From positions 27,776,001-27,840,000 of the forward strand of contig JAQFVV010000003.1 in the NCBI GenBank assembly GCA_028023455.1: a stretch of 64,000 nucleotides of DNA. The letters are read 5' to 3'. The position numbers and the translations under genes are program-made. Each line of letters starts with the position of its first letter. The stretch's first letter is position 1. Source of the DNA: Epiperipatus broadwayi (Eukaryota; Animalia; Onychophora). Positions 52,834-64,000 of the stretch are shown one piece after another. The notes under the pieces are model-generated. The model ran no database searches. It had not been told where the DNA came from and worked only from the letters and a program-made list of their open reading frames with translations.

Positions 52834-53382
52834 TTAATGGATGTGATGATTATTTTATTACTTAAAGTTTTTTTTTTTAATTATTTCTTTTTTTGTATTT
52901 ATAATAATCCATCATTAACTGGATTATGCCTTATGAATTTAGATTTTATACTTTATCTTATAAATTTACTGCTTGTTATTTGGACAGACATAAAGTGGTA
53001 TAACAGCAACTGCCAAGATTATTTCCCATAAAACAAGTTATGCAGTAAATTTAGCAACTGTTCGATTGCCATCTGAATATCAGAACCATTTCACTTATTT
53101 GAAATAAACCTTCTTGAACAACTGTTGAATCTTGACTCATCCATATTTTCCATTCTTTTGAAACTTCAAAATAGATGAGTCATTGAAATCTTAACCAGTT
53201 CTAGGAGTCAATGAAATACACAAATTATCTGAGATTATTTGTTCTACGATGGGTGACAGATAACTTCCTGGTAATGAAATGATAACCTCGCATCTAAATT
53301 ATTTACAAAAACTCTTTGATGAGAATATATACTTTTTCAATAAATAAAATAAAGGAAGATTATAAATAAAATAAAAAATTAC

Positions 53383-53419
53383 CTTACATAGCGACTATCT
53401 CCTTTAGCATATTCTTTCC
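53383..53419 (-). CDS. EBP: 37-bp EBP micro-exon encoding (W)KEYAKGDSRYV
   Basis: ttttag|GGAAAGAATATGCTAAAGGAGATAGTCGCTATGTAAG|gtaatt. Same length and phases as I recall for human EBP exon 3; splices in frame to 15558. Confidence 0.93.
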
Positions 53420-56400
53420 CTAAAATATTAAAAAAAACACATTAACTTTAAAAAGCATCACATTTAATAACTGTGTTTCATCTATTACATTTTGAATTAA
53501 AGTAAATGAAATCTGCTTAATAAAAATAAGAATAAAATCTACAATGATGGGTCTCAGCATAGCTGATGAATGGAATTTACCTAAAATTAGTTGTAAGAGC
53601 CATGTATTATCATAGTTCGCAATTCAGAATTTGATTATTATATAACATCTTATATCTTACTTAAATACTGATTTGATAGGATTTAAATGGACTTATTTAT
53701 ATTATGAAAGCAGAGAATATTAAATAAAAATTAAGAACTAATATTTATATCTTCTATTGTTATATGCTTATTGATTAAAAAAATTGTACACCCTATATAT
53801 TATATTTCAATTTTTCAAAAACTGGTTTGATATATATGTTCCCATTCCAATTTGGCCTGTGGATAAATTATAGTAATGTGCATAAAATAAAAACGCGTCA
53901 TTTTCTTATATAGGAAGGGAAGCTATAGGGCACCCAAGTTAAAGCCCTACATGATTGAATCCCAAAAGCCTAGGACAGAGTGGGGGAAATATGTGCTTTT
54001 TGTTTGTATTGATATAACCCAAAAATGGTACATACCTTGAATTATTTAAGTTATTTGTAAATGTTAGAATTAGAAAAGTTGTCTGTGGATACAAACTATT
54101 TAACCATTTTCTGATTTTGATTAACATTCTATTCTGCTATTTTTATTCTTTCTATAACCATAATTTAAGTCTAATAGTTTTAATAATTTAGTTTTGAATA
54201 TTAAGCTATAGTTTGTAAAAATCATTCAGATTATGTGTGCTTGTATTTTACATAAATAAACTTACAGGTACACATATATTGGAAAGAAAAAATTTTGTTG
54301 AAATCATTTTAAGATTTCAAAAGCTTTATTGTTATAAAGACTATTGTTTGTAATGTGTTAATTAAACTCACAAGGTTAGAATTTCAGTAGTACAGCTAAG
54401 TCTTTAAATCAAAGAAAAAAGTAATTAAATTTTATGAGGCTAGATTTAAGACCAAGATGTGAAGTCATTAAGGCAATGGATTCCTTCCAGACCAGTTTTT
54501 TATAAAGAAATAGATTAGTCTGGGTCTCTTGCCACAGTAAATTTGAAACGAATGATCAGTTTTAAATTATATAGTTTAACTAATAAAAATCATGTGTTCT
54601 AACTGGGTGGTCTGTAAAAGACTCAATGATATAAAAGGCTGGCAATCACTTAAAGAAAAAAAATATTAAAATTATTGTGAGAGCATCTTAAATTGTGGTG
54701 AGAAATCACTCTGAATTGCTGTCATTTTTTATATATAATTTTGTTTGGAAAGTTTCAGATAGACTAATGGGAGGCTAAATACATGTTTCATCTGTGCTGG
54801 TCCAGCCATCTGGTAGCCAAAGCATGTCTGAAGTCTCAGCCAAAAGTATTACACAGATTGTGACTGACTGAAAAATTAGATAGAAGAAACTGATTGCTCA
54901 TCTGCATTTTAAGTCTAAAATGAAAATAAGTGAAATACTGAAAAGTGTGAACCATGTTAGTTATCATGCCAGTGACTGAGTTTAAACTCCAACAAAATGA
55001 TAATAGGAAAAACTGCAAAGATCCTGAGTCTATTAAAATAATTATGCTGAAAAAAATTAAAACAATTCCAGTGCCAAATGGTTCCTATGGAAGCAAGTAA
55101 CTTCACCATCATCATCACAGTAACAGAATTGCAAGCCCAAGCCAAGAAAGAATAGGACTGTTTCAATAAACCATTGAAATTGGTAATGTGTTACAGATTG
55201 GTGTATGTGGTTGCTGCAAAATTTATAAACATTCAACAAACTGAATTTGAACTCTTGGAAAGTGCATGCCTCAAGAAAGTAAAAGGACTGGTAATATGAA
55301 TTTTAATTATATATTTGCATTTTTATTATATCAGGGACTATTAAAATTTTTAATACCAAATTTTCTTTTATTATCTCTGAATTGTAAAACCAAAATAAGA
55401 GTAAAAAGCAGTTTCAATAATAGCTAGTACAGTATTGATGATTTTATGTATTCTAAAATTATTATATGCATCCACTTATTGATGTATTTTATTTTGTGAA
55501 ATGCATTATTGTGGATCAGTTCAAAATTATGTAATGTTTAAATCTTAAAAGGTTTTGTTTGTGTTTAATATTTTATTCATAATGGGGATCCACACACAGA
55601 CATAGTAATATAATACTTGCCACATGTATAGCTGTGTTGCCTGAATGTTGAAAGTGATATAGAAAGACAGCATTGGAGTTAGATTTTTTAAAAATGATTA
55701 GTGACCTCAATCACTTAGAGGGGGGGATAAGTAATTTAAAGCTTGTTTCTGTGAATGCTTTTACTACTCTGGAATCTAACTAACCATTTTCTAATTAATT
55801 TTGTTCTATGTTATGTTAAAATTTATAAGATTACAAAAGTATGTGCATGCATAAAGTGTATATAGTTTTTTAAGGAAATATTTTTCTTGTGGATAGAACA
55901 TTTATTTACTATCCAAATTGATGCAAAAACATTATACTCTGATAAACATTGGATACTGTCATTGAAGGGAAAGTTTAGTATCATAAATATTATGATTTAA
56001 ATATAAATAACTCATCGGTATTATTTATATAAATTTTCCTATCTATCTCTAACTAGTATGTATATTTTAGTAATTCCAATAATGAATGTTAATTTGCTTT
56101 ATTAAGAGCCATATATTTTTATTAAGAGTATTTGTTGCTTTATTAATTACAATCATTCATCATCACTGTTGAATATTAATGGTTAATTTCTAATTTAAAT
56201 ATAATAAAGTTAGGCAAATAAGTAAACGTTTATAAAAGAAATTTTATGTTAGGTGTTAGTTCTAAAGCTGTGGCTGGAAGTACCATTATCATTATCATGT
56301 TTTAAATCACTGATCTAGATAAATGTGTTTAATAGCTATAGATAAATAATGATGTTCCCTACATTTGTTTATCATTTGTGAGTCATTATAAGATAACCAC

Positions 56401-56694
56401 CATCATTCAAGGCTGATTGAATTGCCACCATAAAGCAAGTGTTTGATATGAGCTAGCAAGACTTATAAGATACCAAAAGGGGTTCAAACCCAGTATATTT
56501 GTAAGTAGGTATAAAATATAACTTTGTCTAGGCTTAGCTAGCCTAGTGGCACCTTGCTAGACCATATTCACAGATTATTCACTTAATATAAAACTAGAAA
56601 TAAAGTAGGCAAAATACTGGAATTATTTTGAAATATTTTCATTAAATTACAAAAATTGCTCACCCACTTTTTGATACTTTGATTTAGGTTACAA

Positions 56695-56714
56695 TGGCTG
56701 CCCCATTAGGGCTC
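56695..56714 (+). promoter_or_regulatory. Primer-binding site, tRNA-Lys(CTT)-like (decayed)
   Basis: TGGCTGCCCCATTAGGGCTC, 1 nt after TTACA; resembles TGGCGCCCAACGTGGGGCTC. Confidence 0.5.
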
Positions 56715-57342
56715 AAAATATGCCATATACCACATGAGACTAGTTTATTAAATTTGCCATATTTTTTCCTGCAAATTGTTTATTTTGAGATGGGAAAAAT
56801 TATTTCTTAGATGTAATTTTTTTTCTCTCTCACAGAATTGTCTTGGCCATATATTATTTTAGACTTGTATATGATGTTTATTGGGGTTTAATTTCTTCAA
56901 GGATGTCGATAAATGAGTGCAGCCATAAAACAGCTTAGTTTTCAAATTTTTAAAATAGATGTATATCACAACTTGAGACAGTGTTGAAATTCATGATAGA
57001 ATTTTTTTTTGAAACATTTGATTTATTAATGAATGATTTACTGTGAGATAGGGACAGGCATAGTTGTGAATTATGGGATAATTTCATGGGTATTTGGAAA
57101 GTTCATTTTGTAGAAAGTCTAAGACTTTGGAGGTTGGATTGGATATTTGATTGTTGGAGTTTGGTTGGCTAGATCACAGTTTTTGATGATGAAAGGAGTG
57201 TTTTGTCATTGCCTTAAAAATGCTGTATTCATGCAACCCAAGACTGATCAATCCAATTCATTGCTCCAACCTAATTTATAAGTTGGTAATATTTATCATG
57301 AAGCAGTTAACAGCAGTCCTGCCATGATATCAGCCTATAAAT

Positions 57343-57556
57343 CTCCAAGAGAGAGCAAGGCATAGTCTTATGTATTCAATAAGCAGGACATCATTTTGAT
57401 ATTTGCCACATAAGACTCCAAGAGAGCACAAGGCAGTTTTCTTGTATTCTAGTCCATTAGACTTGATATAAGCACGGCATCATTTTGATATTTGCCATGT
57501 AAGACTTCAAGAGAGAGCAAGGCATTACTTTATATATTCCAGCCCTTAAGACTTAA
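57343..57556. repeat. Three imperfect 73-89-bp tandem units in the LTR element leader
   Basis: ctccaagagagagcaaggca recurs at 57343, 57416 and 57505, with catcattttgatatttgcca in between. Confidence 0.8.
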
Positions 57557-59496
57557 AAGCAGGGTATTGCAACAGAGCTTGCATCATTCTATCAAGGGTT
57601 GTGATAGCTTAAGGTGATTAAATTGGGATGGTCTTCTGAGTGCTCATGGTGCATTGTGTGCTTATAGTGCTGACAATTTTTATTTATATCATGACTGTGA
57701 ACTGCTAATCATTCTGGTAGCTGTCAATATGTCAGATCTCTAGGGGAATAGAAGAATGTATAATTTGGGCTATTACAGATATACATGTACTATATAAATT
57801 ATTGAGTGATTCATGAAGAGGGATATTAAAATGTTTGTTATGAAATGCAAGGTGAAAGGCAAGTCAGTCAGTCAGGGATATGTCTCAGACAAGGAAAGGA
57901 TGTGTAGGTTCTTGGTGGTTGGGGAGCTAAGATGAGATACATTGAATTTTAGGAAAATTTTAATAGAATGAATAAACAAGAAAGAGAAATGATGTTGCAT
58001 ATGTTCAAAATTATAGAAAGTATGAGTTAATAAAAGATGGAGAGAAAGTTTAAGAGAAGATAATGATGGTCTAAGAGAAGAAAAGGATAGAAAGTATAGA
58101 AAGTTTAAGCGAAGAGGGCAAAAGTAGAGCCAGTTTAAAAGAAAAAATAAATAACTCCATGGAAAACAACAGCAAAATGCTCATGGCTTTGGGAAATAAA
58201 ATACAGAAACACGAGGAGTGCCCTAATCCCTGGAATTCATAATTTTTATATAGAAGAAGCTAAAGAACTTATTTAGATTAGAAGTTATGAGAAAAGTTGA
58301 GGAAAATGCTTCTAAAATTAGTGGTAATGCTGTAGAAATAAGGACAGAAATCTTTCAGATTCGAATAAAGAAAGCACTATCAGAAATAAAATTGACAGGG
58401 CTGATGATGAAGTGTATGCTTCAAAACATAAAAGAAAATTATAAAGATCCCAAAAGAAATAGGGAAAGTATAAAACAAAAGATATGTCAATCTGTGAAAG
58501 GATTGATAGAAAGTCTAAGAAAGAATAGTAAAAAATACAGAAAGAATAAAAGATAATCAAAGATTTGGTGAAACCTCATCAAGAGATAAGGCAGAAAAGG
58601 TGTTTGGATATATAAAGGTTATAAAACACGAAAGTGATCAAGTTTCACAGATGTTAGTCAGACTCATGAAAATTAAAGAAATGATTAAAAAATTAAATGA
58701 AAAATAGATAAACAGACCAATACACTGATGGAGGATAAGCCCCAAGAAATAGAAATGATGATAAAAGCTGTAAAACAAAATCTCCTGGTAGAGAGTATAT
58801 GAGATGGCTAAAGGTCAAATTAGGGGGGATTGTGAAGTGAAGAGAAATAGAAAAAAGCTGGAGGAACAACACCATGTAAAAGATCAGGTGGTTACATTAA
58901 AAGAACCCCTAAAATAAAATCTAACAATGAAAAGAATATATGGGGAAATGGATGTCTGATTAAGGTGGACTATGAAGAGAAGAGAAGGGAGTTTGAGAAA
59001 AAACTCAATACACAAGATCAGGCAGTTATGTTAGGGGAAGCAATAGAAGGGATGAAACAAAATATCCTATGAAAAAATATTTAAAAAGCTGTAGTTCTCA
59101 ATTTATTTATAAACAGGTGTGTGTGGCCTAAAAAATCTTTATTCCTAAACAGATTAATTGGCAATTATATGGTACAGAGAGTCGGTCTCTGGATAAAGTA
59201 AAGGTACAGTATGCATGGTACCAAGAGTTCATATTTCTAGGTGGATTCTATGACCTGAATTTACATAAAATAAATCCTCAAGACATATATTACAAGTGTC
59301 CAGTAAAAATGAAATGGGATTATTAAAAATGAAATGATTACATATTTGCAATTTTATGCAAACTGCAATAAGTAATATAACATGGCATCAATTTATTTTG
59401 GTAATTGATATTCACAAAAAGGAAAAGGAATAGAATATAGAAAATTTTGTTTTTTATGGGTTATGGATGATTAAAGTAAAGGTGTGCTTTTTTATT

Positions 59497-59509
59497 AGAA
59501 GAGGGGAAA
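59497..59509 (+). promoter_or_regulatory. Polypurine tract
   Basis: AGAAGAGGGGAAA just upstream of LTR D. Confidence 0.7.
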
Positions 59510-62500
59510 TATTGGGCCCATTCCAATTTAGCCTGTGGATAAATTGTAGTAATATGCATAAAATAAAAAAATCATATTTTCTTATTTAGGAAGGGAAGCT
59601 ATAGGGCATCCAAGTTAAACCCTACATGATTGACCTACATGATTGAGTGCCAAAAGCCTAGAACAGAAAGTGTAAAGGAAATATTTGTGCTTTGTTTGTT
59701 TGTATTGATATAACCCAAAAGAAATAGTACATACCTTGAATTACTTAAATTATTTTTAAGTTAGGATTAGAGCACATATTGACAGTTGTCTGTGGAAACA
59801 AACTTTAATTAATCATTTTCTGATTTTGATTATTAACTTTCTTGAAAATTGATCTATACTTAAGTAAATTCTGCTATTTTTATTCTTTCTATCACAATAA
59901 TTTAAGCCTAACAGTTTTAATAATTTACTTTTGAATATTAAACTATAGTTTGCAAAAATCATTCATATTATTTTTAATATGCAGGTCTTTCTGAGTGTCT
60001 GAGTGTGTGCTTGTATTTTACATAAATTCACAGGTACACATATACTAAAAGAAAAAATTCTGTTGAAATCATTTTAAGATTTCAAAAGTTTCATTGTTAT
60101 AGACTTTATTGTTTGTAATGTGTTAATTAAACTCACAAGGTAAGAATTTCAGTAGTATAGCTGAAAGTCTTTAAATCAGAAAAAAAAGTAATTAAATTTT
60201 ATGTGGCTAGATTTGAGACCAAGGTGTGAAGTCATTAAGGCAATGGATTCCTTCCAGACCAGTTAATTATCAAGAAATCCATTAGTCTGGGTCTCTTGCC
60301 ACAGCAAATTTGAAACAGATGATCAGTTTTAAATTATATGGTTTAACTAATAAAAATCAGGTGTTCTATCTGGATGGTATGTAAAAGACTCAATGATATA
60401 ACAGGTTGGAAATCACTTAAAAAAAGAAATATTAAAATTGTTGAGAGCATCTTAAATTGTGGAGAGAAATCACTCTGAATTGCTATCATTTTTTATACAA
60501 AATTTTGTTTGAAAAGTTTCAGATAGCCCAGTGGCATCCTAAATACATGTTTCATCTGTGCTGGTCCAGTCATCTGGTAGCCAATGCATGTCTAAACCAA
60601 AAGTATTACACATACTGTGACTGATTGTGAAAAATGAGACAAAAAACTGATTGCTCACCTGCATTTTAAGTCTAAAATGAAAATAAGTTAACAAGTGAAA
60701 AGTGTGCTAATTCGGTTATGCCAGTGACCAAGTTTAAAGCCCAGCAAAATGATAATAGGAAAAATGCAAATATCCTGAGTCTATTAAAATAATTATGCTG
60801 AAAAGAAATAAAACAATTCCAGTGCCAAATGGTTTCTATGGTAGAAAGTAACTTCATCATCATCATAGTAACAGAATTGCATGCCCAAGTTGAGAAAAAA
60901 AGGACTGTTCCAGTAAAATGCTAAAATTGATAATATACATTACAGATTGGTGTATGTGGTTGCTGCAAAATTTATAAACATTGAACAAGCTGAATTTGAA
61001 TTCTTAGAAAGTCCAAAATCGAGTAAAAAGCAGTTTCAGTAATAATAGCTAGTACAGTTTGATGATTTTATGTATTTTAAAATTATATGTACCACTTATT
61101 GATGCATTTTATTTTGTGAAATTTATTATTGTGGGTCAATTCAAAATTATGTAATATGTTTATGTTAAAAGGTTTTTTTTAATATTTTATCATAATGGGG
61201 ATCCACATATGCACACACATAGTAATATAATTAAACTTGCCACATGTATAGCTGTGTTGCATGAATGTTGAAAGTGATAGACAGGTAGCATTGGAGGAGT
61301 TAGATTTTTTATAAATGATTAGTGACCTCAATCACTTAGAGGGGGAGATAAGTAATTTAAAGCTTGTTTCTGTAAATGCTTTTACTACTCTAGAATCTAA
61401 CTAACCTTTTTCTAATTAATTATTTTGTTCCATATGTTATGTTTAAATTTATAAGATTACAAAAGTATGTGCATGCATAAAGAGTTTATAGTTTTTTAAG
61501 AAAATATTTTTCTTGTGGATATAAAATTTGTTATTTACTATCCAAATTGATGCAAAAACATTATACTCTTATAAACATTGGATACTGTTATTGAAGGGAA
61601 AGAGGGAAGTTTAATATAAATATTATGATTTAAATATAAATAACTCATCGATATTATTTATATAAATTTACATATCTATCTTTAACTAGTATGTATATTT
61701 TAGTAGTCCAGTAATAAATGTTAATTTGTTTTATTAAGAGACATATATTTTTATTAAGAGTATTCATTGCTTTATTAATTATGATCATTCATCATCACTG
61801 TTGAATATTAATGGTTAATTTCTAATTTAAATATAATAAAGTTAGGGAAATAAGTATATGTTTATAAAAGATAAATTTTATGTGAGGTGTTACTTCTAAA
61901 GCTGTGGATGGAAGTACCATTATTGTTATCATCATCATGTTTTAAATCACTGATCTAGATAAATGTGTTTAATAGCCATAGATAAATAATGATGTTCACT
62001 GTATTTGTTTATCATTTGTGAGTCATTATAAGATAACCACCATTCCGATCATCAACATCATTCAAGGTTAATTGAACTATCACCATAAATCAAGTGTTTG
62101 ATATGAGCTAGCAAAGCTTATGAAAATGTGGAAATGCATTTATGATATTAAAATGTAAGTGGTAATGTTGTCTGATGAATTTTATATGCACAACCAAAGC
62201 ATAAGGATGTTTTTGCTTTTCTTAATGTTAGTGCAAATGTGATATGGTCCTAAAATACAAAATCCTACACCTGATTATAAATAAGGTACCAAAAGGGGTT
62301 CAAACCCAGTACATTTGTAAGTAGGTATAGAATATAATTTTGTCTAGGTTTAGCTAGCCTAGTGGCACCCTGATAGATCATATTCACATAGTATTCAATT
62401 AATATAAAACTAGAGATAAAAAGTGGGTAAAATACTGTTGGATTTATTTTGAAATATTTTCATTAAATTACAAATAGCTCTCATTCACTATTTGATACTT

Positions 62501-64000
62501 TTATTTAGGTTACAATGGCTGCCCTCATTATAACTCGAAATATGCGATATACCATGTAAGACTCGTTTATTATATTTGCCATTTTCCCCCTGCAAGTCAT
62601 TTTGGAGTTTATTTTGAGATATTATTTTGGACTAGTATTGTTTCCATTACAATATATATATATATACTGAAACTGTATATATAGTCTTATTAACCACTTA
62701 CCCTAAAATCAACCAAAGTGAATGGATATTAGAATAAATTATAAATTACTCAATGCAATTATGTGTACATAATTTAGATATACATATATAAAGGTTATGA
62801 AGAGTAATTAAGAAAAGTTTTAAATTAAAATAAATAAATAAATAAAAATTGTTGTATCAGCAAATAAATGTTAGCTAATGCATTTTGTATAATACAAAAT
62901 AGATTAAGCAAATTGATAACAGGGAAATAGTTCCTTGCCTATTAAATTTAACTTTAGATCAATTAGAGAGAAAATGATGAAATATAAAATTGTTTGTTCA
63001 CAGGGATGAACAACGAATAATGTAAAATCATGGAATGCTCTTAAGAGGTTGTAAACAATAGAAGTAATAGGAGGCTTCCATTAATTAATGAATGTAAAGG
63101 TAAGGCTGAGAAACATTTAAGTGTTTCCAAGAATGCAAAAAAGAGGTAAAAAGATATAACTACTCTGGTTCTTCTTTGTTCTGGGTTCTTGTTCTAAAAT
63201 CTTAATTGTGATATAACAAATATGTAACTATGTATAAGTTGTCTGAGTAGAGAAGATTACCTGTCCCCCTGTGAGTCTGTTTTTGGAGGGTGTCCAAGAG
63301 ATGAAGTCCAGAAGATCTAAGAATCATGCTTGACAACTGCCTACCTTTTACTGCCTGGGAAGATAAAAAAAATCTATCTTATAAGCGCTTAATTACGGGT
63401 AATATTTTATCTTTGTCATTTTTTGTTCTTAATTCTATCCATAATGAAGCATTTAAGCCAGCATTTATATATATTAACTAATTTTACCTCATATATATTG
63501 TAACGAGCACAGACGTTTGTTACATTGTTTTTTATTTATTTATTAAACATGAAAGTAAATTAAAAAGTTCGCATTTAAAAATTTTCTTTAAGAATTAAAA
63601 ATTGAAATTAAATATCATCTTAAACTCGTATATGTTAAATCGCACAGATAATGAAAAATTATTAAAATAAAACTTTATTAAAGAAAAAGTATTTTAAAAC
63701 TAAATTTTAAAAAGATTTGGAGATAAAATTATATCTTTAAATTTATCTTTAAATATATCTTTGATTTGGAAAACAGGTTAATTAATCAGAAATGGAAATG
63801 ATTGTTAATTAGTTAAATGTAAACCAGCCTTGGGCATTTAAATGTAAAAACATCGGTCAGATAGGAAAACAATAGAAACAAATAGCCAATGAAAGAAATC
63901 CATCGGGAAATCGGACCTCAGCGAAAGGATCATCACATCGAGGACATAATGCCAAGTCAATCCTTCGAATACGTATAAAAGGAAAATTTGGAAATTATTA

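Larger units (their letters stand above)
15559..53382 (-). other. EBP: ~37.8-kb EBP intron filled with transposable elements
   Basis: Donor gtaatt at 53382 and acceptor ttctag at 15559. Splicing AG+T gives an in-frame AGT (Ser), producing WKEYAKGDSRYVSSDSFIIMVET. Confidence 0.87.
53837..62514 (+). mobile_element. Non-autonomous LTR element with ~2.9-3.0-kb LTRs and a short gag-like internal region
   Basis: LTR C 53837-56693 and LTR D 59513-62514 are collinear (TG...TTACA); PBS at 56695; PPT at 59497-59509; E/K-rich coiled-coil remnants at ~57900-59100; no pol motifs seen. Confidence 0.8.

Noticed and set aside
63250-63345. Candidate upstream EBP exon (gtaatc donor-like site on the minus strand)
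   Set aside because: No frame resembles the EBP N-terminal half (HP..P, WF..CG.IH..IEG, LSQL); the upstream exons are probably outside the window.
1-64000. Most remaining 60-120-aa ORFs in the track
   Set aside because: Low-complexity F/I/L/K-rich frames expected in AT-rich DNA, or antisense shadows of TE remnants; no tRNA or rRNA genes were recognised.

Overview
Very AT-rich, CpG-depleted animal genomic DNA (arthropod-like; species not determinable from the sequence). The only host gene I can support is EBP (sterol delta8-delta7 isomerase) on the minus strand. It has a 37-bp WKEYAKGDSRYV micro-exon at 53383-53419 and a terminal coding exon at 15204-15558, separated by a ~37.8-kb intron; upstream exons lie beyond the window. 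Most of the rest is decayed transposable elements: L1/Tx1-like LINEs, two Buster-type hATs with 8-bp TSDs, Tigger, SPIN/URR1-like, Merlin-like and piggyBac-like elements, and three pairs of 2-3 kb LTR-like repeats with nested insertions. The stand-out feature is a young 3.7-kb insertion (19272-22987) of ~424-bp monomers, each carrying a minimal type I hammerhead ribozyme. The monomers form two diverging tandem arms (4 + 5 ribozymes) and the whole array is flanked by a 12-bp direct repeat. This fits a retrozyme-like circular RNA that was reverse-transcribed round the circle and integrated with an inversion. Coordinates were read by eye; ends of decayed elements are approximate, and no alignment, folding or database search was run.
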